Positions 12,766-25,375 are shown, counted from the stretch's first letter. The stretch is DNA of 64,000 nt from Rhina ancylostomus (GCA_030265395.1 JARFYF010000112.1:68280482-68344481); one strand, 5' to 3'. A program made the numbers and translations. Notes: generated by a model not told the origin, from the letters alone.

Positions 12766-14779
12766 GTAATTTTTTTTGAACTTTTACGTATTAAATCTCT
12801 CCTGGAAGAAGCTGGGGTAAAGTTGATCAGGGACACTGTCGATAAAGGCAATTTACTGGAGAAACACCTGTTAGTGATTATGAGTGGAAGACAATTTAAA
12901 ATATTAAGTACAGTTATTGAAAATAGAAGTAAGATATAACGGGATTCGACCAATAACGTTTAACTTTTAAATCAACATTGTCTTTGATGCACAGAAACTC
13001 TGCGTGCAAATCCAAAGCTTCCCTGAAAAATGCATGTCAGAATATAGAAATGATGCTCTGTATGTACCTTGTGCATATTCCTGTTACTGGGTTACATTAA
13101 TACTTCAAAGATTATAAAATGATTGTACATCATGTTGATTGATGGAGTGATACTTAAACCATAGACTTCATTGAGCTGTTTATCTGCATCAGGCTGTGGG
13201 AGCTGCCTCGTGGAAGAACGGTGACTGTTCAATTTAATTTAAAAACGTGATTTTTTTTTTGTTAATAATTTCATAAATAAGAAAACATTGTTATTTAAAC
13301 CAATTACAACTGATGCCATATTTTAATATTTTCCTTTGTCATTGCTTTATTTTTATGTTAAACCTTTTTTAAGCCATGTTTACTCTGTGGAGGAAAAAGA
13401 ACTTGCTTATTTTTTGGTTCCATTCAGTAAACCCTGACATTCCCTGGCTGTGGAATGGAGCACTGCACGAGATTGCTTCTGAGTGATATGTCAACATTTT
13501 GCTCTTGTTTCAAATATAATACTACAATATTGAAAAATGCCTAGTATACAAAAGCAATTCTTGTATTGAAGTTGTATCAAGGCAAAAACAAAACATAATT
13601 TTTTAAAATCTGTGTTTATTCATTAGGATATTATAATAAAAAGAAATGGCTTGAGAGGAGACAGCTCCTAATAACAGTACTAACATAATGACACAAATGC
13701 TTTTGGTGCTGAAGTTTCAACGGTTCTGTGTGGCTCAATGAGTGCTAGACTGCCTTTCAGAGGGTATCAATACCAAACCCAGCTTCAACCTACACTCTTG
13801 GTTCACCAGCCTCTGTGGTTATTCCAGCCTTTCTCAGCTGTGCTGCCAGTTGAATTATTTTCATTGGCACAGGCATTGATAAATGCCAGCAGCTCCAAAT
13901 GGAATCGTAACATTTTCTAGCTTAAATGCTGGTAAGTCCAGGGTCTGCAAGCAAAGGAAGTTGTCAATACACCGTGTTGCTGAACCATGGACAACTTCTG
14001 AGATTAGTAGTCGGGGAATTGACCCTCAGACCTTGTCACAGAATCCAAGATGTTGTGGAGCTCAATGTGGATTGTAAAACTGGTTATAAAAAGGAAAGTA
14101 AATTATTTTCTTGAATTGTTTAGTTCAATATTTTAAATTATTTGTCCTTTTTGATAAGATTACTTGTCCATTTGTAAAAGTTTTTAATGTATCTAAATGT
14201 TAGAGACATTAAATACTATTAAACATTTCCTGAAAGCAATGAGTGCTTTCAGGGCTGGTGGTGAGGCATAGGCAGCTGTCAGGGTCTGACAGTGTGGTTT
14301 CTGTGCACTGTTGGAGGCCTTGTCACTACTCAGGCCACACTTCTGGAGACTAGGATGCTTGAAGTCAGCAAGAAAGACTCTCTCTGCATGTAGTCCAGGT
14401 AAGCGTGGGTGTGGGGAGACTGTGGGTGATGATTTCAGATGGCGTGCCTAGGCCACAAAATTCTGCCCAAACTAAAACAAGCCTCTTGTTATGGTTGGCA
14501 TTGGAGGAGTTTTGGTGCTCTTGCTGAATGTTAAGTGTGTAGAGTTAATATTTCATTCTTGGGATGGATCAGATTGGGCAGTTTGGATTCTGATTTCTGG
14601 GCTTTAATGAATGTTTTCCATCACAGTTCCTCATGAGGATCAGAGTAGGAGTCTAAAGCCAAACACGGCCAATTCAGAACATTACTATAGATCAAAAGCA
14701 CCTCAAATCAGATTAGTTTAGACACAAATAGTACCCATGTTTGTTATAAGTGATTGGATCACAAATCCACTCGGTGAAA

Positions 14780-14960
14780 AACCTGCAGATTTTGGAAATC
14801 TGAAATAAAAATGGGGCATTCTGGAAATAAAGTTGGGCTGCATTTATGGAGAGTAAAACAGTTAATGTTTTAGATTGACAGTTTGTCAACATGAAACATT
14901 AAATTTGTATCTCTTTCCACATATGGTACCCAACCTGTTAAGTACTTAATATTCTGCTTT
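14780..14960. mobile_element. Old Penelope-pLTR-derived foldback element in APLN intron 1
   Basis: ctgcagattttggaaatctgaaataaaa...tatggagag..acagttaatgtttt on the left is mirrored by gaaacattaa..tctttccacatatg..acctgttaagta on the right. Same family as 61968-62157. Confidence 0.5.
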
Positions 14961-17628
14961 CACTCAAGTTATCCTCCTATCATCAATCCATATTAATTTG
15001 ATGAGAACAGGTTAATTCTTCACATTCCATTGCTATAAACTTGAGTAATATCAAATAATGCTACTTGCTTCCATTGCAAGTTAATATAAATTCTTATAAC
15101 TAATTTAAAATCAAAAGCCAAGACTACTGGATAGGATTTGATCAAGCTGAAATTTCTGCTCACTTGTGCTACATGTATTGTTTATGAGGAGTGCAATGTG
15201 CAGAGGACTCTCATCTAAACCATTAAGACTTTGCTGCACTCTCACCAGTCCATTGTTGAATGCACCTGTGGCTTCTTGATGGATTGTGCAATAACTCTTG
15301 AAACATTTTTTTGTCTTTTTCTCCTCTCCCCCTCCATTGCTCGCACTGGGCGTGCTGGCAATCGTTCTCGATACCTCATGCAAGTGGCTATTAATATGCC
15401 AATCCAAACTGACCCATTGAACGGCTCATTTGTGGCACCATTCAGAGCCCAATTGCTTGCTTAAAGAAAATCTGTACACCAGCAGGAGTCGCCAAAGAGC
15501 AATCGTAATCCCAGTGTAATCTGCTGTCTTGTATCTTGATCAGAGGTACCAAAGCCAAATACATCAACAGCTTCCAATTTGTAGGAGACCAGCATAAACT
15601 TGGAATAAACCCTGAAACCTTCTTGATTTGTGTGCTCTCATCACTTTGGATTGTTAATTTCATTGCTGAAACCCTTGTAAAAGTTGTAGCTTGTACAATT
15701 TATGATCACAATTGATCTGTTTCAATTAAAGCTTGTCTCTTTCCCGTTTTGCTTTATTCTTTGATTTCATTATATAAAAGGAAATGAGTTTTCCCAATTA
15801 GTGATTTTTTGGGGGGGGGGTGGCCAAGGGAGAGCCATAGTTTTTTTTGAAAGCTACTAGGTGAGAATGAAAGAGTACCAGGTAAGGCATGGAGATTAGA
15901 TTGTTTGAGCTGATAAATGATCAGTAAAGAAATGTACTGATCTCTGAATAGGGCAGACACATTCATGAAGATTCAAAGTGTTGTGTGAAATATTAAGATC
16001 ACCTGCTATCAAATTTCCTTGGAAAGCTATTTAAATGGCTGCACCCTTAAGAGTCACCATCCAGCTTCCCCACCCACCTGTACTCGGCGAAGTTACAGGG
16101 TGAAATTCAAGGGCTCCTTTAAAAGGTGTAGAAAGCAATGCTTAATTTTATAAAGCCAAAGCTTCCCTTAACTGGATCCAAAAATGCATTCCTTTACTCC
16201 TTGCACTGCTGGGGAGATTTGTACTCATCTCTGGAACCCTCCACTGCTGTTCCAGCAGGTTTGTGTCAGAAAAGATATTCCAAATACAAGATGGTTAGAT
16301 TTGCCTCAGGATCTTCATTGGGAGAAAAACCTGATTTGAATATGTTTGAGGCTCCTGGATATCCAAAGGGTTGAGGGTCATATCTAGGGACACTACTTGG
16401 TTTTAACTTGCATCTTGCCAAGTTCCAGCTATAACTACACTTGCCTGTGTCTTTGTGAATAACAATTTGGTAATGAGGAACTAATTGAACCTGTAATTAT
16501 TACGGCTACTGGCTTCCAACTTGGTTGATATAACTCAACTGCTGTAGTAAAGGCACCAAATGCCATGAATCCATAGATTACACAATCAACTGAGGAACAC
16601 CTGAATATCAAGAATCCAAAAATGATTCATTGTGTGGGAACCAGTGAGTAGATTTGTGCATCTAGGTGAATTAAATAGTTCCTGCTTGGCTGATCGAGAT
16701 GATCTATTTTCCGTATAATCTTAAACTATTCATGTAACTTATTAATAGTTTAATTTGTGCTACACTTAAATCAGAAGTGCAGATGACATCATTGATGTCA
16801 AGTGTAGATGACCTGATGCATCCTTCCAGTTGTACATTGTTTAGTCTCTGGCCCTATGTCCTAGTTATTTGCAGATATGTTTGCATTTCAATTTCTAAAA
16901 ATGAAGATGACTTTTCAGGGAATACTGAGAAGTACTCTGAATTGCAGCAATATTTTTCATTTGTGTTCAACAAGGCTTAACATTTGTTTTATAACTTTGT
17001 TTCACCTTAAATGTGGCATGTTTTGACTTTTAATATCCTCAGAGGATCTTGCTTATGTTATTCATATCCTTTACAAGAACTCGCTAATTATAGGAAGCAG
17101 TTCATTAGGTCTAAACATTGAACCTGTGGGTGTGGTTTGGTACCACAGTTGTAGAGTGAGGATCATTCATTTATTTCTAGATCCTTTTTTAAACAAGGAG
17201 TGCATGCAGTTTGTGCAGTCAATGATAATGGGTTAACTACAAAAGATAGTCTTTGCAATTACGATTTTAACAGGCCTTATCATGCTGGTACCAGCCAAAT
17301 CAAACACTAGGATTTATTGATCAAAGTTTGAATGTCAGAAGCACTGTATATGGAAACTAAAGTAGGGTAGTAGCATGTCCCAATGGCTTAATGTTTATAC
17401 AGGGAGTAACTTAGCCATGTAGTTTAGTCTTTAGGTTGTTGCTAGAATGGGGCCAGGAGGTGAAAACTTGCCAATTTCTAGTTGTGTTTGTGGGGTTTAT
17501 TTAAGGATGGGATTAGTTTTTAGTAATTATGGCCCTTGAAATGAAATAGGCTGCAAATAATACACAGGGTTAAATGAGCTGGAATCTACCATCAGATTCT
17601 ATTGTTTAAGAACATTTAGTCAATGCAG

Positions 17629-17891
17629 TGTTACGTTCCAGCAACAAAAGAAACACACCGAGACATGTATAAATGTTAAAAACTACTTTATTAATAACTA
17701 CTTATGATAATAAGNNNNNNNNNNNNNNNNNNNNNNNNNNNNNNNNNNNNNNNNNNNNNNNNNNNNNNNNNNNNNNNNNNNNNNNNNNNNNNNNNNNNNN
17801 NNNNNNNNNNNNNNTTTATCTTCTGTTGACGTAAGCACACCACACACACAATCTTAAAGGAACCTCACTAATTGTAACCTAGTCCGTAACA
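17629..17891 (-). mobile_element. Probable solo LTR (Gypsy-like) in APLN intron 1; the middle is an N gap
   Basis: The termini TGTTACG...CGTAACA form a perfect 7-bp inverted repeat with TG...CA ends. The 4-bp TSD GCAG lies at 17625-17628 and 17892-17895. AATAAA is on the minus strand (actttatt). Confidence 0.8.
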
Positions 17892-19699
17892 GCAGTGAAA
17901 ATCGTATTTTGGATAACTGGATTCCAAAAGTGCAGATAAAACATGCAGGAGCGTAACAAAACCAAAGTTCTTAAACTCAAAGGTTAGATTCAACATCCAT
18001 TTCTCAAGTTATGTGAACACTGGTGGTGGAAAAAATTGAGTGCATTGAAATAGTGCAACTGGAGGGAGTGAGTTAAAAGCAATGTCGTATCCTGAAGAAG
18101 GACTCTGTGAACAGTGCCGGGGCTGAACTTGTAGTGTGATATCTTTGATTCTTAATTCTCACTGCTTGTCTGCTGAATGTGGATGGGATATAGTAGCTGG
18201 AGGCAACAGGCCAGGCCAAAGGAATGGTCACTGGCATTTGGGTAATCATGAAGAGGTTTTGCAGAGGCCTTGTGTTTGAGAAGGTGTAGAACCTGGGACA
18301 GCTGTGGCTTAAAATTGGTGGCATCTAGAGCACTATACCTGGACATACCTGGCATTTCAAGGGAAGTGGAATTGGAATAAATTTGCCTGTTTGTCTAGCC
18401 TCTGATCCTCTTACTTGCATCTGGTAGGAAAAGAACAAGGGTTTCTTCTCAGACTGTTAGCTAAAATATCAGCCAGGGTCTGATGAATGATTAGACCCTG
18501 ATCTACATAATTAAGGAGCAATGCTGACTTTACTGTGCTGTAATGGTTATTTAGAACAAAGAACATCTTACTCACATTCTCAAAGTGTAGAATAAAATAG
18601 AAAGGGATGTGGGTAGTTGAAGCTCTAGGACAATCTTAAGTCCCTAATGGGCTTGTTTCTGCAAAGTGCTTGGGGTTAAAATTGCTTTTCTATGTTTTGC
18701 AGTTTGGATCCAATCAATTTTAAATTTACATTTCCATTCTGAATGGAGGGGGCTACATACTGGCTACTGAATCTCCAAGGAGGAGGGAATCTGATTGTGA
18801 ATGGTCAGAAGGGATGGGAGGGCTGTTGCCTGTTCATATGGAGTAAAGTATTCCAAAACAAAATCAGAATATCTACATGAGCTGAATGCAATGCAGGTTT
18901 ACTTAATTTCACAGTATGCTTTTCTTTGAGATACCGGACAAAAACAATTTTTTTTTTCCTCATGGAATTTGATTACCAAATGACCAGTCAGCTCTTCCTT
19001 CCACAACTGGGCTCACTAATTTAAGACTGGAGAAATGGTTATATTAAGCTGCACTAAACACGTGGATCTGTCAGCGAGATGATGTGGTAGGGGAGAGGGG
19101 TGTTAGTTTCTGTATAAAGATGGGATTGATTGGCCCTCAAATATCAATAGATGCTTGGGGGGGGGCATGCAATTGATAAGACTTGCTTGTCAGTAGAATG
19201 ACCCAAACATGGGAAAGTGTCCTTTTGAGAAAGGAAAAGTACACATTTTGGCACTGCTCTTTCAGAAGTGATTTCTGTCAGGTAGCAACTAAACAGAAAT
19301 GTCCTATGATGTTTTATTGATGAATATTCTGACTTACAATTAGTGAAATGAATAAAACTGAACTAGCTATAAATAATAATTAATTTATAATCTTGTTCTT
19401 ATGCAGACACGTAGCTGCATTCCTCCAAGAATTATGCACATATTTGAAGCAATTCCCCTGCAGAAGTAGTTCACTCTATTTTCAGGTTTTTTAAAGATGA
19501 TGATCCACTGATGGATTAACAATGCTCATAACTGGAATTATGTGTAGTTATTTTCTGCCAGCCTAGAAAAGGGATGGGATCATTTCTCAAAGGAATTGGC
19601 CACCTTTTTCCACAGCACCTGAGCCTACAAGGAAGTTCTGCTCCATACTCTGAATGTAGTTGTCTAGGGGATCACGTTAGGTGGTTTAAGACATGGGGA

Positions 19700-20090
19700 T
19701 AGCCATAGTATCATAGATTTGCAAAACAGACCATTTGATCTATTCTGGTCAAGAAAGAACTACACAGCCCAACCCCACTTTCCAGCACTTAGTCCACAGC
19801 TCTTCAAGGATGTATCTAGGATCTTTATAGGCATCCTGAGGGTGCCTGTCTCTACCACACTTTCAAGAATTGATTTTCCAGACCCCTAACTTCCTCTAGG
19901 TAGTTTTATTTTCCTTGTGTTCCCTCTGATCCTTCCACCTTAACTTTGATTTTTTTTTCTCCCTTGATTTTTGACCCCTCTGCTAAAGGCATTCTTTCCT
20001 ATTATTCTAACTCTGGTCTTCAATTTTGTACAGTAATTGTTGACCCTCAATCTCCTCCGTTCCAAAATGGACAACACCAGCATATTCAAT
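19700..20090 (-). mobile_element. Old CR1-like LINE 3' fragment
   Basis: tcatagatttgcaaaacagaccattt..., ccccacttttccagcact and ttccagacccctaac resemble the reverse of the CR1 3' ends elsewhere in the window. Confidence 0.5.
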
Positions 20091-20092
20091 CT

Positions 20093-20510
20093 TTTGGTTT
20101 GGTAAATTGGTTTATTCTTGTCACATGTATCAAGGTACAATGGAAAAACTTCATTGCATTGCCACCTATACAGATCACTTCATCACATCAATACATCACA
20201 GTAGTACAAGGGAAATAATACAATGCAGAATATTATGTTGTAGTGCAGGTAGCCAATAAGGTGCAAGGCCATTATTGAGGTCAAGAGTCCATCTTATTAT
20301 ACAAGAGGACCTTTTTAATAGTCTAACTGTGGGATAGATTGCTCTTGAGCCTGGTGGTATGTGCTTTCAGGCTTTTGTATCTTTTCCCTGACGGGACGTA
20401 GGAGAAGAGAGAATGTCTGGGGTGGGAGTAGTCTTTGATTATGTTGGCTGCTTTACCAAGGTATTGAAAACTATAGGCAGTCTGTGAAGGGGAGGCTAGT
20501 TTTCGTAGCT
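20093..20510 (-). mobile_element. Rex/Babar-like LINE 3' fragment in APLN intron 1
   Basis: Colinear with 55790-56240 (ggtaaattggtttattcttgtcacatgta...cttgagcctggtggtatgtgctttcaggcttttgtatctt...tttgattatgttggctgctttacc). Confidence 0.85.
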
Positions 20511-23508
20511 ACAGATTTCCAGTCCAGGCAACATTTGAAGTGATTTCTGTTTTTATGTGTGGCTATTTTGCTTAACAGAACCACAACATGGTTAGTCTCA
20601 ATATTAAAATAGAAGGACAATGAGAAGTCAAAGGGTATTGGAGCAATGCTTTTGAGATAAGTGATCTGGCCTCTTTTACAAGGGCAAAAGAGGTAGTAAA
20701 CATCAATGAATTGATATTGGGGAAATCTTCAAACAAAAATTAAATATTTCCAAGGGAAAATGCTAATAGCATTGAAGAGCTCCATGGATAACTGAACAGA
20801 AAACTGAAATGTAAGATTTAGTTAAGACTAGTAATCCAAACATGTAAGAAGTAGCAGATACTGAGATGTTGGACTGCTGCAGACTGCATGTGCTCTTTTG
20901 CCTACTTAGTGCCCTCCAGACGTGCAATGCATAAGAAACTGGAATTAAAATCATAGATTTTACAATCTGGGCACAAGTCCCCAATCTTCATGGAAATGGC
21001 AATGCCAAGCACAAATGTTATGCCATTGTAGGCTTAGAATTTGTATTTTAAAGTAAAACTGTGACCACTTAGAAATATATAGATTTAAAGGCAATAAACT
21101 GATTTGCTGTTGACAAGTTTGTTTGGCAAATCTGAGAGATTTTTTAGGTATGACTGACTAGGTTGACACAGGTATTGCAAAGTAAATAGATTTTCAAATA
21201 GTCACTTGACCAGGATGGGTAAGAAGACAATTGAAATTTCTCCACTCTCAATGCTTCATGAAATGTGAGTGGAAGCTTATCAGTTTGATAGCTTCTATCC
21301 ATTTAAGGCAAGGATATTGCAAATATCAGACATCAGAACATAGTGACTCTGAGCAGATATTCATTGGTTTCTCATTGCATTGCAACAAACAGTAACTGTA
21401 GCCCACTAATTTTTGCTGACCTTATCCCTTTTTAATGCACCAAATGGTAGGCTTCCAAATGATGTACTGACTAATTCTTCCTTTTCCATAACACAACCAC
21501 ATTTGTTATTAGTATGTGTTCTGTTTGTTCCTCATGATATGAAGGAGAAAAGGCTTATGGAATTTAAATTTACAAGGAAATCATTAACAGCAATTAGATG
21601 TAGGACATTTCAGTGCAGGAGTTATTATGGTTAGATATAGTTTTAAACATTATCAGTTTTGGGACCCACTCTTTGTATCATGAACACTTGAGAGCATTTT
21701 CCCTTAAGGTGCATCAGTTGCCATATTGGATGTCGATGACTTCCTGGTGTAAAGGCGCCCAACTGAAACTAGTGTTGGGTCTCCTTTCCCTATCCCCACC
21801 AACCACCTGAACTGACAGTGATGGGTGTATGTATAGAACCATGAAACTGATAAATGTTGCTCAAAAGTGATCAAACATTTTAATAGCTTTATTTCTGGAG
21901 TGTCAATTGACAATATTGAGTTGAAAGTAAGATGGGACTCATAGCAAATGTGGGCTCGTAGCAAATGGAATTGNNNNNNNNNNNNNNNNNNNNNNNNNNN
22001 NNNNNNNNNNNNNNNNNNNNNNNNNNNNNNNNNNNNNNNNNNNNNNNNNNNNNNNNNNNNNNNNNNNNNNNNNAACCATAGCAAACAAAGTCAACTTGCT
22101 TAGAAAGCTAAATCATTTTAAAGAGAAGAGGAAATGGAATACAACTGAAATTAGTTATTTCTTCATAAAGGGTAAATAAGCCAGAAATTGGAGTGAATAG
22201 GGGATAGTTGAATTCAGATTTTATGCACAAGATCATTCAGTCATTGACAGCAAAATGGTCACCAGAGTTGATTGACAGGAGAACTCTGGCTGTACTGGGG
22301 GCATGCTTTTGGACCAGCTGTGTTGGAGTCATCAGAAATGGCTGGATACCAACCAGCAAGCTGAATCAGGGCATGCAATTGGTGACTGCAGCTCAAGTAT
22401 TTAGGGTAGATTTAGCCCAAAGTCTGACTGCAACCTGGCTAAGGGCTACATTATTCATGATCAGTACAAGTGACAAGTTCAGAATAACAAGCCTATGTAA
22501 AGCTAATATTGGAATTTGTAGCAGACACAATGGGTGCTTGGTACAGATTTTTACTATTTTATACACTTAAAGTAAATCTCACGCTTGGACCCAGAGTGTA
22601 TTAAATGTGACAGGTAGGCATGACATCAAATTTAATGTGAGATGTGTTTTAATATGGAGAGTAGGCTGAAGCAAGCACAAAGTCTTACCTGGGCAGGTGT
22701 CAACCTGAAATTGGGGGAACGATCATCCCTGACTGAGCAAGATATTAATTTTTAGACATTGTTTATAAAATTAGAAGGCAAACAGCAAGGTTTTCTATCT
22801 TAGCATGAATATTAATGTTTAATAGGGAGCAGTCAGATGGTTGTTGCAAAGAACAGTACTCAACAGAAAATAAATATTTAATGTCAACTGGGAAATTAAC
22901 ACCTAATAAGAAGATTACTGCTATTGTATAGATGAGACAAATATTCTTCTTGCATGGAAAACAAACTTTTTGTGCCTTATTTAACAAATTCATAAATTAG
23001 TTTAGAAAAATCTCATTTCAACAAAACAGTTCATTATAACTGAACATTCATTTTACTCCCAGCAGTAATGAGACAAACCTTCTGATGTGAAATGTAAATG
23101 ATTTGGCTGGAGGCTGCTGGCATCAGTGGAAGTGCAGCTTTCCAGTCGCTGTTCACTACTTGTTTTTGTGTGAAGAATTATTACTCGAATGTAGCCTGAC
23201 TCTGGTTTTAAAAAGCCTGTGGTTTGCAAATAATTTTTTTTATAAAAGGTTCTACCAAATGCTATATTGTGTTGCCAAAAATTGGTTAATAATCAATTTC
23301 AAAAATTTCAATTGTTGCTAAGATTTATTTGCTTTTGCATGTTTACTTGAACAGCATTATAACCTCACTGTGACCTTCACTAGCCAGTCATTATCCCAAA
23401 CATATTCCGGCTGTTACAGTTTGCATGAATTTATTCCGATCTTGCACACTTCCAATTTGGCATGTCTTCACTCTCAACCATGACTAATCTTGCTTATTCC
23501 ATTCCCAG

Positions 23509-23669
23509 GGCCCATTGCCATCCTGTCAGAAGGATCAGCACTGGATGAGAGCAGCATTAGGACTTATGTACAAAAAGCAGGCAGAAGGCCCAATCAGAGA
23601 CATCTTCCATTGAAGAAATACAGGAGGCTGAGACCCCGGCTCTCTCACAAAGGACCCATGCCCTTCTGA
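23509..23669 (+). CDS. APLN: Apelin precursor, coding exon 2: (G)PIAILSEGSALDESSIRTYVQKAGRRPNQRHLPLKKYRRLRPRLSHKGPMPF*
   Basis: Branch-point consensus TGACTAAT at 23481-23488, pyrimidine tract and acceptor ttcccag|GG. The translation ends in the invariant apelin-12 RPRLSHKGPMPF, with TGA at 23667-23669. The exon ends at 23674 with donor CAG|gtaagg. Total CDS is 228 nt = 75 aa + stop. Confidence 0.98.
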
Positions 23670-24549
23670 GCCAGGTAAGGGAAGATACAATTTTATGAGC
23701 TTCATTTAATTATTTATTAATTGATCAATTCATTTTTGCAAGACTCGGTAAACGGTCATTATGTTAATCCTTTGCCACAGGTCCTGTGTATCTTGGATTA
23801 TTACCTTTAGTGACCACACTGCTCTTTGTATGGTTGCAGTGCAATAACTAGAGGTGTGAGTGATCCTTTACACAGTGAAGTCCCATATCTGTTGTTTTGG
23901 GGGGGGGGGGGGCAGGTTGAGGTGAAGGAGTATGAAATGCAGGTCTACAAATATTTGCAATTTCACACAATAGGGCTGAAATGATAAAATACAAATGCTA
24001 TACATATTAGAATGCATTGTATGAGAGTTGTATTGCCTATTACTGGAGGTTAATCTAATAGTAACTGTCTAAAATGTTGCATAAGATGTCCACAGTTGCT
24101 GCCCCATTGTGTGCACTGCACTATATTGCATAGAATAACTAGAGGAAAAAACTGAATTAAATGTTCTATACCCTATTTTGTATTGTCTTTCTTCCAACCA
24201 TAACTTTGAAAACATTGTCCCAATCTCTGGAATACTTAATTGATTTTATATTTGAAAGATAAACATGAGGGCAGCTAAATCTTTATTCAGTGAATCCAAA
24301 TTCCAGTATGAAGAGTTTGTTACTAGTTGGGAGTTAGCATGGCCTGCCATGCATTAAAGCTACTATAGATTTAACTGCAATATCTCACATTCCTTTCCCT
24401 GATAAATCACAAAAGGCTGATGCTATTCTAAACCCTTAGCCCTGACTGAGGAAAGTTCATTTTGTTGAAAAATTTAAATTGGTGTTTTTTTTTCTCCCCC
24501 AGTAAGTATTCTTAGTGTGTTTCCTTCTGTTAATTGAACAGTACAGAGA

Positions 24550-24880
24550 CTTGGAATTATTTAGTGCCTTTCATAACTTGGAACATTCCAAAGTGCTTTG
24601 CAGGCATTGAATGCTGTTGTAAAGTAGGAAATGGGGAAAACCAATTTGTGCACAACAGTGTGCTAATGAGAAAATCATTATTTCTGGGTGTTGGTTGAGG
24701 AATAAACATTGGCCAGAACAAAGATAATTCCCATATTTTTCTTTAAAGTAGTGCCATGGGATCTATAACCTATCAAAGCAGGCAGGTCCTTGATTTAATG
24801 CCTCATTCATAGGCAGCACCCACATCAGTCCAGAACTCCCTTAGTATTAGACTGAGACATCAGCCTATATTTTTCTCCTA
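24550..24880 (-). mobile_element. Deu-domain SINE in APLN intron 2
   Basis: gttggttgaggaataaacattggccagaaca...tagtgccatgggatct...tttaatgcctcattc..aggcagcacc...actcccttagta is the reverse complement of the Deu core. Confidence 0.7.
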
Positions 24881-24929
24881 ATTTTAATCTAGACAAGTGT
24901 GAAATAATACATTTTGGGAAGTCAAATAT

Positions 24930-25340
24930 TAACATGACATGCCCAGTAAATGGCAGGGACAATTCAATGTCAGTGGTGATGTACAGAGCTTTAAATGTAA
25001 CTTCATTGCTCCATGAAAATGGCAATACGGGTGGATAGTGAAGAAGGCATTTGGCATGTTTGCCTTCATAGGGTGAAGCACTGAGCATAATTGGGCTATC
25101 ATGTTACAGTTGTACAAATTAGTCAGACTGCACTTGGGCTATTGTGTACAATTCTGGTTGCCACACTTCAGGTAGGATATGGTGGCATTGGAAAGAGTGC
25201 AAAGGAGATTCCCTAGGATGTTGCCTGGATTGGAGGGCTCTCATTATAAGGAGAGACTGGATAGGGTGGGTTTATTCTCACTGGAATGTTAGAGACTGAG
25301 GGGTGACCTTGTGGCAGTTTACAATATTGAGGTAAAAGCA
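24930..25340 (+). mobile_element. CR1 (HER1-like) LINE ORF2 C-terminal fragment
   Basis: Decayed KKAFGMFAFI...LQLYK.LVRLHLGYCVQFWLPHFR*DMVALERVQRRFPRMLPGLEG, a typical CR1 ORF2 C-terminus. Confidence 0.85.
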
Positions 25341-25375
25341 CAGAAACGCAAGGAAAAGGCTTTCTGTGCCTTCTA

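Noticed and set aside
12672-12953. 93-aa antisense ORF overlapping APLN exon 1
   Set aside because: No recognisable domain. It is explained as the reverse frame of the signal-peptide exon plus intron.
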